Source: an uncultured Candidatus Saccharibacteria bacterium (GTDB lineage: Bacteria > Patescibacteriota > Doudnabacteria > UBA920). From it: a stretch of DNA of 64,000 nucleotides. The notes under the pieces are model-generated. The model saw nothing but the letters and a program-made list of their open reading frames with translations. It ran no database searches and was not told where the DNA came from. Position numbers and translations under genes: made by a program. Within the stretch, counting starts at the first letter, position 1, and every line of letters starts with the position of its first letter. This document shows positions 55,874-64,000 of this stretch, piece after piece. Location: positions 39,445 through 103,444 of the forward strand of contig CAZEKH010000001.1 of NCBI GenBank assembly GCA_964512925.1, given 5' to 3'.

Positions 55874-56974
55874 ATGCATATAATCTGTACACAAGAAAAT
55901 TTAAAACTCGGATTATTAGCAGTAGGAAAAATAACTACACTAAGTAACACACTGCCGGTGCTGGGAACAGTTTTATTAAAAGCCGAAAATGGAATGCTCC
56001 AACTTTCTGCGACAAATCTTGAAATTGCCGTTCAAACCCAAGTGCGGTGTAAGGTGGAAGAGGTCGGAGCTTTTTCCGTTAACTGTAAAACTTTTACGGA
56101 TTTGGTTAATAATTTTCCAAATAAAAATATTTCTTTAAAACTTAAAGATTCGGCTGTTGAGGTAGATAGTGAAAATTATCATACAAAAATAAAAACCTTT
56201 TCCGCTGAGGAATTCCCCTTGATTCCACCGACGGAAAATTTAAAAACAGTAAACGTTAAGGCTCAAGAGTTTAAAAAAGCGGCGGGAAAAGTTGTTTTTT
56301 CCGCGTCAACAAACCAAACCCAGCCAGAAATTTCCGGTATATTGTTTGGTTTTCGCCAAAACCAATTAAAACTTGCTGCCACAGACCGCTATCGTCTGGC
56401 AGAGAAAAAAATCTTTATTTCGGAAGAAGTAACTCAGCCGGGCGAGGTGATTGTGCCGGCAAAAGCGGTTTTAGAGGCGGTTAGGATAGCTTCTGCTTTT
56501 GATGGGGATATGAGTGTTGGTTGGAGTTTGGGTCAGGCGGTTTTTGTCATTGGGGGTACGACAATTTTCAGCCGGCTGGTTGACGGGCAATACCCGCCTT
56601 ACGAGCAGATCATCCCCGCGAGTTTTCAAGCTGAGGCGGTTGTGAAAAAACAAGACTTGGTGGGCGCGCTTAAAGCGGTTGGGGTTTTTAGTCAAAATAA
56701 CAGTAGTATGGTTTTGGATTACAATAACGAGAGCCAAAAATTTAACTTGTCCAGCGAGGCTGGGGATTTGGGTACTGGCAGTGTGGAGTTGGAGGCGGAA
56801 ATTAGCGGCGGGTCTGGCAGTTTGGTGGTTAACTTTCACTACCTTTTGGATGCTTTACAAAATATGGATTCGGACAAAATCAAGTTTCGTTTTAACGACG
56901 ATTCTTCTGCGATTTTAGTGGTTCCTATAGAAGAAAAGGACTACCTATATTTAGTGATGCCTATAAAAACATAG
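55874..56974 (+). CDS. dnaN: DNA polymerase III beta sliding clamp
   Basis: 366 aa, three-domain clamp pattern, position after dnaA. Confidence 0.9.
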   Translation: MHIICTQENLKLGLLAVGKITTLSNTLPVLGTVLLKAENGMLQLSATNLEIAVQTQVRCKVEEVGAFSVNCKTFTDLVNNFPNKNISLKLKDSAVEVDSENYHTKIKTFSAEEFPLIPPTENLKTVNVKAQEFKKAAGKVVFSASTNQTQPEISGILFGFRQNQLKLAATDRYRLAEKKIFISEEVTQPGEVIVPAKAVLEAVRIASAFDGDMSVGWSLGQAVFVIGGTTIFSRLVDGQYPPYEQIIPASFQAEAVVKKQDLVGALKAVGVFSQNNSSMVLDYNNESQKFNLSSEAGDLGTGSVELEAEISGGSGSLVVNFHYLLDALQNMDSDKIKFRFNDDSSAILVVPIEEKDYLYLVMPIKT

Positions 56975-57017
56975 TTTGGAGGTGTGTATTCAATTTACTA
57001 AAAAAGAAAATTTACAT

Positions 57018-58103
57018 ATGAAAGTAAAAAATCTAACCATCAAAAACTTCCGGAATTATCCGGAATTAAATATTGAAATAAGTCACGATATGATTGTTTT
57101 AAGCGGTCCAAATGCCGTGGGAAAAACCAATCTTTTGGAATCGGTTTATTTCGCTTCTTTGTTTAAATCTTTCCGCGATGATAATGAGTTTATTTTTTTA
57201 AAAAATACTGATAGCGCTGAAATAAAAGTTGTGGTGGAAAAAGCTGGGAGCCAAAATGTTTTGGAAATTTATTTGGCAAAAAAAGATAAAATCTTAGCTA
57301 ATTTTTTCATTGACGGGGTGAGAAAAAAACGCAAAGAAGCCCAGGGTTTTTTGCGTGTTGTGATATTTGATCCGACTGATGTGGATATGTTCACAAAGAA
57401 TCCGGAAGCCAGAAGAAAATATTTAAATATGGTTTTGTCGCAAAAAGACCCGGAGTATTTGGATATTTTAAGCGCTTATAAAAAAATTGTTTACCATAAA
57501 ACTAGGTTGTTAAGCGATCTTAAGCATGGAATGTCGTCTGCTTCGGATTTGTCAGATTGGAACGAGCAGTTGGCGGAATGGGGAAAAAAGATAATATTTG
57601 TCAGGAAAAAATTTATTGATTTTTTAAATCGTGATTTGTCGGATATCTACACTTCAATCTCCGGTTTTCATCGGCCTGTGGAAGTTGTTTATGAAACCTT
57701 GAACGGGCAAACTGAAGAGGAAATAAAAGAGTCTTTTTTAGCCAAGTTAAAATTATATGAGAAAAAAGAAAAACTAAGCGGTTCTTGTCTGGTTGGTCCG
57801 CATCGGGATGATTTTTTCTTGAAGAGTGAGGGTTTGTTTTTACCCCCATTTTCTTCCCGCGGCGAGCTAAGAAGCCAGGTTTTGGCGTTAAAAATAATGG
57901 AGCTTGAATATTTAAGCCGGGATGGAGAAAAGCCCATACTTTTGTTGGACGACGTGTTGTCCGAGCTGGACGAAAGCCGCAGGAATTTTTTGCTTAAATA
58001 CCTGCAGGGCAGGTTTCAGACTTTTATAACCACGACCCACCCGCTTGAAATGCCTGCTCAGCACATAACGTTAAGCCCAGCCCCTGAAGAAATAAAAATA
58101 TAA
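57018..58103 (+). CDS. recF: DNA replication/repair protein RecF
   Basis: MKVKNLTIKNFRNY...GPNAVGKTNLLESVYF. ATG at 57018 preferred over the TTG at 56976 that abuts the dnaN stop. Confidence 0.9.
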   Translation: MKVKNLTIKNFRNYPELNIEISHDMIVLSGPNAVGKTNLLESVYFASLFKSFRDDNEFIFLKNTDSAEIKVVVEKAGSQNVLEIYLAKKDKILANFFIDGVRKKRKEAQGFLRVVIFDPTDVDMFTKNPEARRKYLNMVLSQKDPEYLDILSAYKKIVYHKTRLLSDLKHGMSSASDLSDWNEQLAEWGKKIIFVRKKFIDFLNRDLSDIYTSISGFHRPVEVVYETLNGQTEEEIKESFLAKLKLYEKKEKLSGSCLVGPHRDDFFLKSEGLFLPPFSSRGELRSQVLALKIMELEYLSRDGEKPILLLDDVLSELDESRRNFLLKYLQGRFQTFITTTHPLEMPAQHITLSPAPEEIKI

Positions 58104-58107
58104 AAAT

Positions 58108-58413
58108 ATGTCTTACAAAACACAATTTACAAAAATCGGAAAAGTTATAAAAAACGAAATAAACAACCAAAAAATTAATGAAGCCTTTTTACGCCACCAA
58201 GTTCTCAAAGCTTGGGAAAGGACAGCTGTCTCTTTCTTCAAAGAAGCTGAAAAGCTAACCAAGGCTCTGGATTTTAAAAAAGGAGTTTTGACCGTAGCTT
58301 GCCTGGATGAAAAATTGGCGTATCAGTTGAAAATTTTAGCATCCCGGATCATTTACGCGGTCAATAATTTTTTAGGTAAAATATTGGTTTATAGCCTGCG
58401 CGTGGAGAGTTAA
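58108..58413 (+). CDS. DUF721 domain protein (DciA-like)
   Basis: 101 aa in the canonical post-recF position. Confidence 0.55.
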   Translation: MSYKTQFTKIGKVIKNEINNQKINEAFLRHQVLKAWERTAVSFFKEAEKLTKALDFKKGVLTVACLDEKLAYQLKILASRIIYAVNNFLGKILVYSLRVES

Positions 58414-58415
58414 AT

Positions 58416-59144
58416 ATGTCATATTTTTTAACCAAACAACAAATTCAAATAGGTGTTTTAGATACTTTGTCAGGGGATGAAGCGGCGCATATTTTAAAAT
58501 CCAGACGGATGAACAAAGGCGATGTGTTAGAAATTCAGGATACTTTGGGGGGAAGATATAAAGCGGAAATAAAAGAAATAGATAGAAAGAGTTTGAAATT
58601 CATTGCGGTTAAAGAGCTGGTGGTACCTTTGGAGCCTGATGTTAAGGTGTCTTTATTTATTTCTTTTATCAATGAAAAGTCTTTGGATTTTGTTTTGCAA
58701 AAAGCCACGGAACTAGGCGCTTATGAAATTGTTATATTTAACTCCCACAACACAGCCTACAAGTTATCAGTGGATCAGTTTGTCAGTAAATCAGTCAGGT
58801 GGCAGAAAATTTTATGGGAAGCGGCCAAGCAGTCGGGGCGTTCCTTGGTCCCAAAACTAAGTTTTTTAAATGATCTAGATATAGCTATTTCAGAACTGAA
58901 AAAAACAGAGAAAATATTTTTATGCGACTCTGAAGGGGTTGGTTTAAAAAATCTTGGCATTTATGATCAATCTTTTAAATCCTGCGCAATCGTCATTGGT
59001 CCCGAAGGCGGATTTACCGCGGATGAGATTAAGCAAATGAATTCTTTAGCTAATGTTGAGGCCATAAAGCTTTCCAACTTTACTCTCAGGGCAGAAACCG
59101 CAGCCTTAGCCGCCCTGTCAGCGGTTTTAAATTCAGCCCGCTGA
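58416..59144 (+). CDS. rsmE: 16S rRNA (uracil1498-N3)-methyltransferase RsmE family
   Basis: VIGPEGGFTADEI motif, PUA-like N-terminus. Confidence 0.8.
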   Translation: MSYFLTKQQIQIGVLDTLSGDEAAHILKSRRMNKGDVLEIQDTLGGRYKAEIKEIDRKSLKFIAVKELVVPLEPDVKVSLFISFINEKSLDFVLQKATELGAYEIVIFNSHNTAYKLSVDQFVSKSVRWQKILWEAAKQSGRSLVPKLSFLNDLDIAISELKKTEKIFLCDSEGVGLKNLGIYDQSFKSCAIVIGPEGGFTADEIKQMNSLANVEAIKLSNFTLRAETAALAALSAVLNSAR

Positions 59145-59165
59145 ATTTTGTAAAAAAACTTAAAA

Positions 59166-59190
59166 AATAACCCCGCTAAGTGGGGTTATT
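59166..59190. terminator. Bidirectional terminator ATAACCCC-GCTAAGT-GGGGTTAT
   Basis: Lies between convergent rsmE and the cytidylyltransferase gene. Confidence 0.5.
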
Positions 59191-59656
59191 TAATAGGATT
59201 ATTTTCTTTTGCTTTTTGTATCAGCCAGCTGGAGCTTTGGATTTTGCCGGAGCGGCCGACATTGTAAACCATTTTTATATTTAAGCGTTCACAGGTTTTA
59301 ATATCGTAATATAGAGAAGAGTTAGGGTCGTTAGCATTTGCTTCGTTTCGGTCACCTCCGTTGGCAAAAATATCAGGCTTTATTTTTTCCAACTCTTTAG
59401 AAACACCCATTGCCAGAGCTCCTTCAGGGTTTTCGGGGTGAGAAGTGAGAGTAACCTCATCTACATACCGGATAGCTTCGATGATAGCTTTTCTTTCAGC
59501 TTCTGGCATAAACTCCACGCCTTTTTTTTTTCTTAGCCAGTTGTCGTTGTTAACTATGACTATAAGTTTATCTCCCAGTTCTTTGGCTTCTTTAAACATT
59601 TCCACGTGGCCGATATGGAGCGGGTCAAACCCGCCGGAAACCGCTACTACTTTCAT
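59186..59656 (-). CDS. Cytidylyltransferase-like nucleotidyltransferase (TagD/RfaE-domain-II-like)
   Basis: VAVSGGFDPLHIGHVEM (HxGH) motif. 156 aa. Confidence 0.7.
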   Translation of the reverse strand: MKVVAVSGGFDPLHIGHVEMFKEAKELGDKLIVIVNNDNWLRKKKGVEFMPEAERKAIIEAIRYVDEVTLTSHPENPEGALAMGVSKELEKIKPDIFANGGDRNEANANDPNSSLYYDIKTCERLNIKMVYNVGRSGKIQSSSWLIQKAKENNPIK

Positions 59657-59666
59657 AGGTTTATCA

Positions 59667-60206
59667 TTAATTGTGAAATTTCAAGCTATGATTGGTATTT
59701 TTTTCGTATAAATCCAAGATTATTTTTTCTATGGCAGAAGGGTTGGGCACGTTGGTAAACTCAAATTTTTCCACTGCCGCGGCTGTCTGCACATATACAT
59801 CTCCGTAGTTGAAGATCGTGCCGAAAACCCCAGAAATTTCCGAAGTTACATCCTCTATTTTATCTATATGCAGTTCTGAAACCACGTGGTGAAAAAGCCC
59901 GACCTGGTCCACATCTACAATCCTAAGGTCGGTGATGATCTGGATATTTAGATAATAAAACACAAAAATTAAAAATATTGTCAGCATAATCAGCATCATA
60001 AACAGCCTGGTAAATAAAAGTGTGATAACCCCGATTTCTCCATCAAAGAGTCCGGGCGCCCAGGTTTGTCCGTATATCTGAAATAGCACCAGGGTAACGA
60101 TGAAAAAAATAGGAATGAGCATTTTTAAAAACAAGTGAAACCAGTGTTCCCTGACTACTAAATAAACAGTTTCATTGTCCAGCTGGCTGGGAAAAAGTTT
60201 GTGCAT
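59667..60206 (-). CDS. Bacterial PH-domain (bPH_2/YdbT-like) membrane protein
   Basis: Two N-terminal TM helices followed by a PH-like domain. Confidence 0.45.
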   Translation of the reverse strand: MHKLFPSQLDNETVYLVVREHWFHLFLKMLIPIFFIVTLVLFQIYGQTWAPGLFDGEIGVITLLFTRLFMMLIMLTIFLIFVFYYLNIQIITDLRIVDVDQVGLFHHVVSELHIDKIEDVTSEISGVFGTIFNYGDVYVQTAAAVEKFEFTNVPNPSAIEKIILDLYEKNTNHSLKFHN

Positions 60207-60210
60207 AGTT

Positions 60211-60423
60211 TTAGTTTAAAATCTGAGACAGCAGTGTTTGAGAAGAAGTTAAAAAACTCAAAAAAATCAAAGCATAACAAAGGCTTACTACAAAAGCAAA
60301 AGTTCTGGATTTGCCGTAGCGGAGTAAAATATAGATGCCAAAAACAGAAAAAAAACCGATTAGCCCCAAAGCTATATAGTAGACTGCGGCGATTAAAATT
60401 TTTGGGTTGAAAAAAATATCCAT
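60211..60423 (-). CDS. Small membrane protein (hypothetical)
   Basis: 70 aa with two hydrophobic segments. Weak support. Confidence 0.25.
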   Translation of the reverse strand: MDIFFNPKILIAAVYYIALGLIGFFSVFGIYILLRYGKSRTFAFVVSLCYALIFLSFLTSSQTLLSQILN

Positions 60424-61460
60424 TAGATTAAAGTTTGTTGATTTAAGCTCTCCGGAAGGGGTATTTGCAGGTGCTGAAAAGCCGCTTTGGTTGCCTGTCT
60501 GCCTTTCGGATTTTTGGTTAAAAGTCCCAAGCGCAAAAGAAAAGGTTCGTGGACATCGGTAATGGTATCTTCCTCTTCCCCGGTTGCGGCAGCCAGGGTT
60601 GCAAGGCCGACTGGCAGGCCCTTAAATTTCTGCGTCAGAGCTTCCAGGATGCGGCGGTCGTTTTTATCCAAACCAAGCTGGTCAACTTCCAGCATTAAAA
60701 GAGCTTCTTTTACCGAATTTAGGTTAATCTTATCATACCCGCGGACTTGGGCAAAATCCCTAACGCGTTTTAAAAGACGGTTGCCTATGCGCGGAGTAAG
60801 GCGGCTACGTTGGGCCAGTTCCCAGGCGGCTTCATTTTCCAAAACGCTGTTTAAAATCCGCGAGCTTCTTAAAAGTATTTGCTGCAAATGTTCAGGCTCA
60901 TAATACTCCAGGCGAAAAATCCCGCCAAAGCGGTCGCGTAAGGGGGCCGACAAAAGTCCGATTCTGGTAGTGGCGCCGACAAGGGTAAATTTGGGGAGTT
61001 CCATCCGGATGCTTCTAGCTCCTGGCCCTTTGCCGATGACTATATCTAGCACCCCGTCTTCCATTGCAGGGTATAAGATTTCTTCAACAGCCCGATTCAG
61101 TCTGTGTATTTCGTCAATGAACAAAAAGTCGCCTTTTGATAAATTGGTTAAAAGCGCGGCCAAATCGCCAGCTTTCTCAATAGCCGGACCAGAAGTGATC
61201 TTTATTTGAGCGCCCATTTCTTTGGCAACGATATGGGCAAGCGTGGTTTTTCCCAAACCAGGCGGTCCGTAAAACAATAAGTGTTCCAAGGTTTCTGCGC
61301 GCTGGCGGGCAGCTTGCATTGTGATCAGTAGATTTTTTTTCAAGATTTCCTGGCCGATATATTCGTCCAAAGCTTGGGGGCGCAGAGTGAGCTCTGTAAC
61401 TATCTCTTCAGGGTCTAAAATTTCCTCGGAGGAAATATTTTCGCTGGTTGATTCAATCAT
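60423..61460 (-). CDS. ruvB: Holliday junction branch-migration helicase RuvB
   Basis: [26 protein letters not shown]+ sensor motifs. Confidence 0.95.
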   Translation of the reverse strand: MIESTSENISSEEILDPEEIVTELTLRPQALDEYIGQEILKKNLLITMQAARQRAETLEHLLFYGPPGLGKTTLAHIVAKEMGAQIKITSGPAIEKAGDLAALLTNLSKGDFLFIDEIHRLNRAVEEILYPAMEDGVLDIVIGKGPGARSIRMELPKFTLVGATTRIGLLSAPLRDRFGGIFRLEYYEPEHLQQILLRSSRILNSVLENEAAWELAQRSRLTPRIGNRLLKRVRDFAQVRGYDKINLNSVKEALLMLEVDQLGLDKNDRRILEALTQKFKGLPVGLATLAAATGEEEDTITDVHEPFLLRLGLLTKNPKGRQATKAAFQHLQIPLPESLNQQTLI

Positions 61461-61464
61461 ATTG

Positions 61465-62814
61465 TTAGTTAATAACCGGGCTTGTTAGGTTTGTAGTCGG
61501 GCTTGTGCTTGGAATAAATTGTTCAGTTTTGTGAAAAAGCGCCGGGGATTGGTAGGTGGAATTAAAAATATCTTTTTTGGTTTCCCCATTTTTGGTTACT
61601 TCGCGGGTCCAGGTAGCTTTCATTGAACCATCGCTTTTTTTATCATAAATTACCGGCTGATACAAAGTTACTTGCCTGCTGTCTTTGGAGCCGTAAAAGT
61701 CAAACACCAGATGGTCTTTGTCTTTAAAATACGGCCAAACCAGTATGGAGCCCGGCGTGTCGTTGATGAATTTTAAATCAATAACTCCTGGGTAAATAGT
61801 GGCATCTGTTCCTTGGGGGCTGTAGTATTGAACCGCGTAAGAATGATTTCTTCTTTGGGTGATCGGCAGGCCGGCTTTCATCGCGGCTCTAAAAGTTGTG
61901 GACGATACTTGGCATAAGCCGCCTCCAAGTTCGGGCTGTGTTCCGTCTTTTTTGATGACGAGTTCGGGCAGAAAACCTTCCGACGCTTCTACCGGCCCCA
62001 GGTTTTGGTTAAAGCTGAAAATTCCGCCTTCGGGGATAATGACGCCTTTGATTTTGTTGGTACCGATTTCAATATTATGCCTGCGGTTTTTTGGGCTGCC
62101 GGAAAAAGTGGATTCTCCCCTGGCGATCAGTTCGTTAATTCCCAGGTCATTGGTTTCAGATAAATTTTTGGTTGGCTTGCTGGTTATGGCTATCAGGTCA
62201 GCTGTGTTTAGAGACTTGGCCAAAGACTGTAAAATTTCCTTAGTGGTGGCTAAAACATTTAAGATAGAACCGTCAGCCGGCGCTGTAAACTTTTCAGCCC
62301 GACCATTTACAATAACCAATTCAGGCTCAACAGGCTTGCGGTTGAATTCATTTAAGGCAAGGTTTTGGATATATGAATAAACCAGTCGGGGATTGTGTGT
62401 ATATAAAGTTTTTGTTTTAGCCGCTGAAATTGGTTCAAGTCCCGCAGCTTGCTTTAGCGCATCGCGCAAGTCCAGTTTTTGCCTGAAAAAAAGGCTTTGG
62501 TCAAAAACTGTTACCGAATCCTGCCATTCAGCGAGAGTTTGTTCAGGGATTAGGTATTCTTGCTCATTATGCTTTAAAGTCATCCCCTGACTGTCAGCCG
62601 CCTGAGCATAATGTATAGCAAAATAATTCAGCAGAATTATCAAAGATAATCCAAGAAGTATTTTCAAGTATTTATCCGCTGTCTCTCTACTATATTTCGG
62701 GTTTTGTTTTACGGGTAAACCAGTATGAAAAGAGTTATATCCAATCGACCCAATTTCAGGCAGGAAGGCGCGGAATTTATTTTGAGTTGTGTGTTTCATT
62801 CGAAAAAAATCCAC
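61465..62814 (-). CDS. VanW-family protein
   Basis: [12 protein letters not shown]...[12 protein letters not shown]...[11 protein letters not shown]...[17 protein letters not shown] match the VanW domain. N-terminal TM. Confidence 0.7.
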   Translation of the reverse strand: MDFFRMKHTTQNKFRAFLPEIGSIGYNSFHTGLPVKQNPKYSRETADKYLKILLGLSLIILLNYFAIHYAQAADSQGMTLKHNEQEYLIPEQTLAEWQDSVTVFDQSLFFRQKLDLRDALKQAAGLEPISAAKTKTLYTHNPRLVYSYIQNLALNEFNRKPVEPELVIVNGRAEKFTAPADGSILNVLATTKEILQSLAKSLNTADLIAITSKPTKNLSETNDLGINELIARGESTFSGSPKNRRHNIEIGTNKIKGVIIPEGGIFSFNQNLGPVEASEGFLPELVIKKDGTQPELGGGLCQVSSTTFRAAMKAGLPITQRRNHSYAVQYYSPQGTDATIYPGVIDLKFINDTPGSILVWPYFKDKDHLVFDFYGSKDSRQVTLYQPVIYDKKSDGSMKATWTREVTKNGETKKDIFNSTYQSPALFHKTEQFIPSTSPTTNLTSPVIN

Positions 62815-63209
62815 AATGTTTTTTTTGGAAAATATTTTTTTATTTTATCCGCCCATTCTATTACAGTTATATTTTTTGGGTTTTCCCATATCTCCTTAAG
62901 CCCTAAAGCCTGCGCTTGGCGAAAATTTTTTAGCCTGTACAGGTCAAAATGGTATAGGTTTGCATCAGGGCATTTTGGCAAATTGATAGGGATAATATTT
63001 AAAAGGGTGAAAGTGGGGCTTTTAATTTTGAGTTTTGCCCCCAGCTCTTTGGCTAAAAATTTGGTAAAAGTAGTTTTTCCGGCGCCTAAATTGCCCACCA
63101 GAGCCAGAACTTCTCCGCCTTTCAGCTTTTTGGATATTTGCTTGGCTAATAGCTTGGTTTTTGCCAAAGGGAATGGGTGTTTAAGCCGTATCATTTTTAT
63201 ATTGTACAA
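62796..63209 (-). CDS. tsaE: tRNA threonylcarbamoyladenosine biosynthesis protein TsaE
   Basis: GEVLALVGNLGAGKTTFTK P-loop. About 137 aa. Confidence 0.8.
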   Translation of the reverse strand: MYNIKMIRLKHPFPLAKTKLLAKQISKKLKGGEVLALVGNLGAGKTTFTKFLAKELGAKLKIKSPTFTLLNIIPINLPKCPDANLYHFDLYRLKNFRQAQALGLKEIWENPKNITVIEWADKIKKYFPKKTLWIFFE

Positions 63210-63311
63210 TGGATTGACGCTTTGGGCAAAATCTTTTATACTTTACTATTCTGTGCGTTTATCTATGTAAATACAAGGGTAAAGCCCAGACTTCTTAAAG
63301 AGTTAGTTTTT

Positions 63312-64000
63312 ATGGAAATAGGACTCCACCAACAAATTTTCAATCTGATAAAAAAATCCAATCGAACGGTTATTGTTTTGCCAAAAAATCCGACCATTGA
63401 CGGTTTTTCCGCGGCTTTGGCTTTGCGGCTGTTTTTACTTAAGCTGAATAAAGAATCCGAAGTGGTGAGTTTAAGCAAGGCGCCTGAAGCTTTGAGTTTT
63501 TTGCCCGGCATTTCTGAGATCAAACAAGATATCAGTAGTTATGATGGCTTGGTGATCGAGCTTAACACCGCAAGCAGGGGTTTGGATGAGCTGAGTTATC
63601 AGACCGAAGATGGGAAGCTAAAGATATTTATCAAAGCCAAATCTGGTAAATTTTCTTCCAGCGATGTTTCTTTTACCTCTTCAAAACTACCGATTGACTG
63701 TTTGATTTTTTTGGAATGCCAAAGCTTGGAAGATGCTGGCAGTCTTTTGGAGAAACACGCAGAACTTTTTCACCAAACTCCAAAAATCAACATAGACCAT
63801 TCGGCCTCCAACGAACAATTCGGAGCTGTCAATTTAGTTGATCTGTCTGCCACGTCAGTGTCAGAAGTTTTGTCTGGCTTGTTTAAAGAATATGAAGAAC
63901 AAATGGTTGATGAAGATATTGCCACTTGTTTGCTTTCCGGCATTATCCATAAAACCGACAGCTTCCAGCATTCTAAAACCACCCCGAACTCTTTTATCCA
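63312..64000 (+). CDS. DHH-family phosphoesterase paralog (NrnA-like), 3' end outside the window
   Basis: Open frame from ATG at 63312 to the window end. TVIVLPKNPTIDGFSAALAL and NIDHSASNEQFGAVNLVD parallel the DHH motifs of the 24292-25257 protein, but with DHS instead of DHH. Confidence 0.5.
   Translation, partial: MEIGLHQQIFNLIKKSNRTVIVLPKNPTIDGFSAALALRLFLLKLNKESEVVSLSKAPEALSFLPGISEIKQDISSYDGLVIELNTASRGLDELSYQTEDGKLKIFIKAKSGKFSSSDVSFTSSKLPIDCLIFLECQSLEDAGSLLEKHAELFHQTPKINIDHSASNEQFGAVNLVDLSATSVSEVLSGLFKEYEEQMVDEDIATCLLSGIIHKTDSFQHSKTTPNSFI

Noticed and set aside
56976-57017. TTG start for recF abutting the dnaN stop
   Set aside because: The in-frame ATG at 57018 gives the canonical RecF N-terminus MKVKNLTIKNFRNY.
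63263-63982. Minus-strand ORFs 63263-63523 and 63770-63982
   Set aside because: They lie antisense to the open DHH-family frame that runs from 63312 to the window end.

Overview
This is an AT-rich (about 35-38% GC) bacterial chromosomal segment. Its gene content looks like a reduced-genome Candidate Phyla Radiation (CPR)/Patescibacteria-type organism: DUF559, a type IV pilin-like protein, two O-antigen-ligase (Wzy_C) paralogs, a YYY/DUF2298 membrane protein, DUF721. The core genes form recognisable blocks. An origin-proximal cluster on both strands runs rpmH-rnpA-yidD-yidC-jag on the minus strand and dnaA-dnaN-recF-DUF721-rsmE on the plus strand. A D-Ala-D-Ala peptidoglycan operon (murF-alr-ddl) sits on the minus strand. 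Other core genes are infB-rbfA-nrnA, gyrA, rpsA, tyrS, yebC-ruvC, ruvB, a class A PBP, speA-like decarboxylase and tsaE. Twelve intact tRNA genes are present (Ser-CGA, Pro-CGG, Ala-GGC, Arg-CCT, Ala-CGC, Leu-GAG, Val-TAC, Phe-GAA, Gly-GCC, Cys-GCA, Leu-TAA, Ile-UAU), plus three partial tRNA copies. The accessory or unusual content is as follows. (i) A 1.6 kb GC-rich (about 55% GC) islet beside tRNA-Leu encodes a frameshifted pyrF and a pyrE-like gene. (ii) A GIY-YIG nuclease gene sits wedged between a 5' tRNA fragment and an intact tRNA-Val. (iii) tRNA-Cys is followed by a partial 3' duplicate that is interrupted by short hairpin elements. (iv) At least four families of dispersed GC-rich palindromic elements occur. 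One family places a Shine-Dalgarno (SD) sequence in its 3' arm immediately upstream of several start codons. Members of two families lie in frame inside coding sequences (ddl, rsmI), reminiscent of Rickettsia palindromic elements. (v) Period-7 and period-8 tandem repeats sit inside coding regions. One set builds an unusual hydrophobic N-terminal extension on MurF. (vi) A MurA homolog carries an N-terminal HTH_XRE domain. (vii) There is a RelE/ParE toxin-antitoxin pair. No CRISPR array, rRNA gene or integrase/transposase gene was seen. Coordinates of tRNAs and hairpins were counted by hand and may be off by 1-2 nt.
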